Source: Spizellomyces punctatus DAOM BR117 | Taxonomy: Eukaryota | DNA: 64,000 nt | NCBI GenBank assembly: GCA_000182565.2 | Contig: KQ257454.1 | Direction: 5' to 3' (one strand) | Shown here: positions 62,543 through 64,000 of the stretch, in pieces | Numbering within the stretch: the first letter of the stretch is position 1 | Layout: every line of letters starts with the position of its first letter | The notes under the pieces: model-generated | Databases searched by the model: none | What the model was told of the DNA's origin: nothing | Seen by the model: the letters and a program-made list of their open reading frames with translations, nothing else | Translations under genes and position numbers: made by a program

Positions 62543-63734
62543 TTAGGCTTCCATCGAAGTGGTATCTATTGGCAAGAACCAATTAAACCGTCAGTCAAAA
62601 GCTAACACAAAAACGTAGCTAACGACTCGTCCGATACTCACAATCGTACTCAATCGTGGGCAACACGCTTGCGACAAACTTTAAAAACAACATCAGGTAC
62701 TGGTCCACACGAAGCTCCTTGCCACCTTCCTCGGCCCCGCTGTCGACAAGCCGATCAATGATTTTTTTCATTACATTGGCATGTTTGCAAGGGTGGATGG
62801 AGGCCATAGAAACAAGCTCGTGCGGGTGAGGTTCGATTGTAACGGTCTTTTGCGCGTGGTCCTGGGAAATGTCTTCAAATATTTGGCTAGAGGTAAGTGG
62901 CCGCCGTTGTTCGTCGTACCCAAACAGCCAGACGCGTGGCGTTTGGTAATATTTGTCATAGGTTATTGAGAGGTCATAAGTTCTAATTCGTGCATATAAG
63001 ATGAGGCAAGGTGAAGCACACTTTTGACTTGCCAGGCTTGATGCCGGCAGCAAGGGATGGTCTTACCGTGTTTTTAGAATCTTATCATTTGGTCCAGATC
63101 CTGTATTGTGGTTCTCGGGTGCTCTTCTTACTTCTGCAGAAGTTGGCAATGCCGCCGGGTCCTCCTCCTCCACCACACCCATCCCATCTTCTTCGTCCAT
63201 ATCTGGGATGTCATCAAAGTCTGGGATTTCCTCAGTCTCTGCATTAACCGCATCCGGAACCGGTGCTGCGGTACCCTTGTGAACGTCATCTATTCGCAAA
63301 TGTTTCATCTGGTCGTTCACAACCTCCGCATTCACATCATCTTGCTCCCCTTCTTCAATCTCGCCTATCACTAATTGGTCCTCGCCAGCCGCTTTTCCAT
63401 CTCTATTGGAATGGGTCGCCACCCATCCAAAATCCCCCTCGCCCTCGACTTCCATTTCGTCTTCATTGGCCACCTCGCCATACTCCTTTACACGTTGCAG
63501 AGAGGGGACATTACGGGTTATAAGGTATTGCTTATCTGCCGGGAGGTAGTCGCGGCGTTTGGACGGCTCGCCAGCAGCCCACGACCACGTGGGACACTTG
63601 TACACCAGGAAATCGCCTGCCAAGATAAATTCTTCGGGAGTTAAAACTCCCGTTTCTTTGAATTTCGATGTTTTGAGTATAGGATTCAGGTACTCGCGAG
63701 CAGAGTGAAAGAGTGAGTGAAACGTTGTCGTCAT
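62543..63734 (-). CDS. ATG3: Autophagy E2-like conjugating enzyme Atg3, 3 exons
   Basis: [43 protein letters not shown], catalytic HPCKHA, and PTIEYDYT. Confidence 0.97.
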
Positions 63735-64000
63735 GTTTTGAGGCCCACAGAAGCCGAAGAATTGGTTAGCCTGAAGATGTTCAAATGGTGCCAACGGTCT
63801 TTATGAATGTTGAAATAGGTTCAAAAAGCCTAAATGTCCTTAATACAAGCGCAGATCTCTCCGTCAAAGTTGGTATCTGCAATGTATCGTCAGCCATGCT
63901 GCTTGGGTCAGTCACCTGAATTAGTGTGGTTGGAATGTATATACCATGTCCATTGCCCATCAGTAATAGGAAAAGATATCGACTACGCTATCGTTCTCGC

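Overview
Gene-dense eukaryotic nuclear DNA with about 29 protein-coding genes, short GT-AG introns and short intergenic spacers. The gene set pairs fungal hallmarks (Zn2Cys6 transcription factor, ERMES Mmm1, Cdc24-type GEF, Rib3) with centriole SAS-6 and minor-spliceosome SNRNP25. That points to a flagellated early-diverging fungus, probably a chytrid (inference). I found no rRNA, tRNA, CRISPR array or recognisable transposon. Exon structures were reconstructed by eye, so coordinates are whole-gene spans including introns. Most notable: (1) a spliced, in-frame fusion of an amidohydrolase-fold domain lacking its metal ligands to the riboflavin enzyme Rib3; (2) a thiolase-fold protein missing the canonical catalytic Cys and His; (3) a roughly 2,700-aa SH3-SH3-DH-PH GEF with a huge coiled-coil tail; (4) a subtilisin with a six-Cys C-terminal mini-domain; (5) animal-like genes not typical of Dikarya (SNRNP25, SAS-6, OCIA-like).
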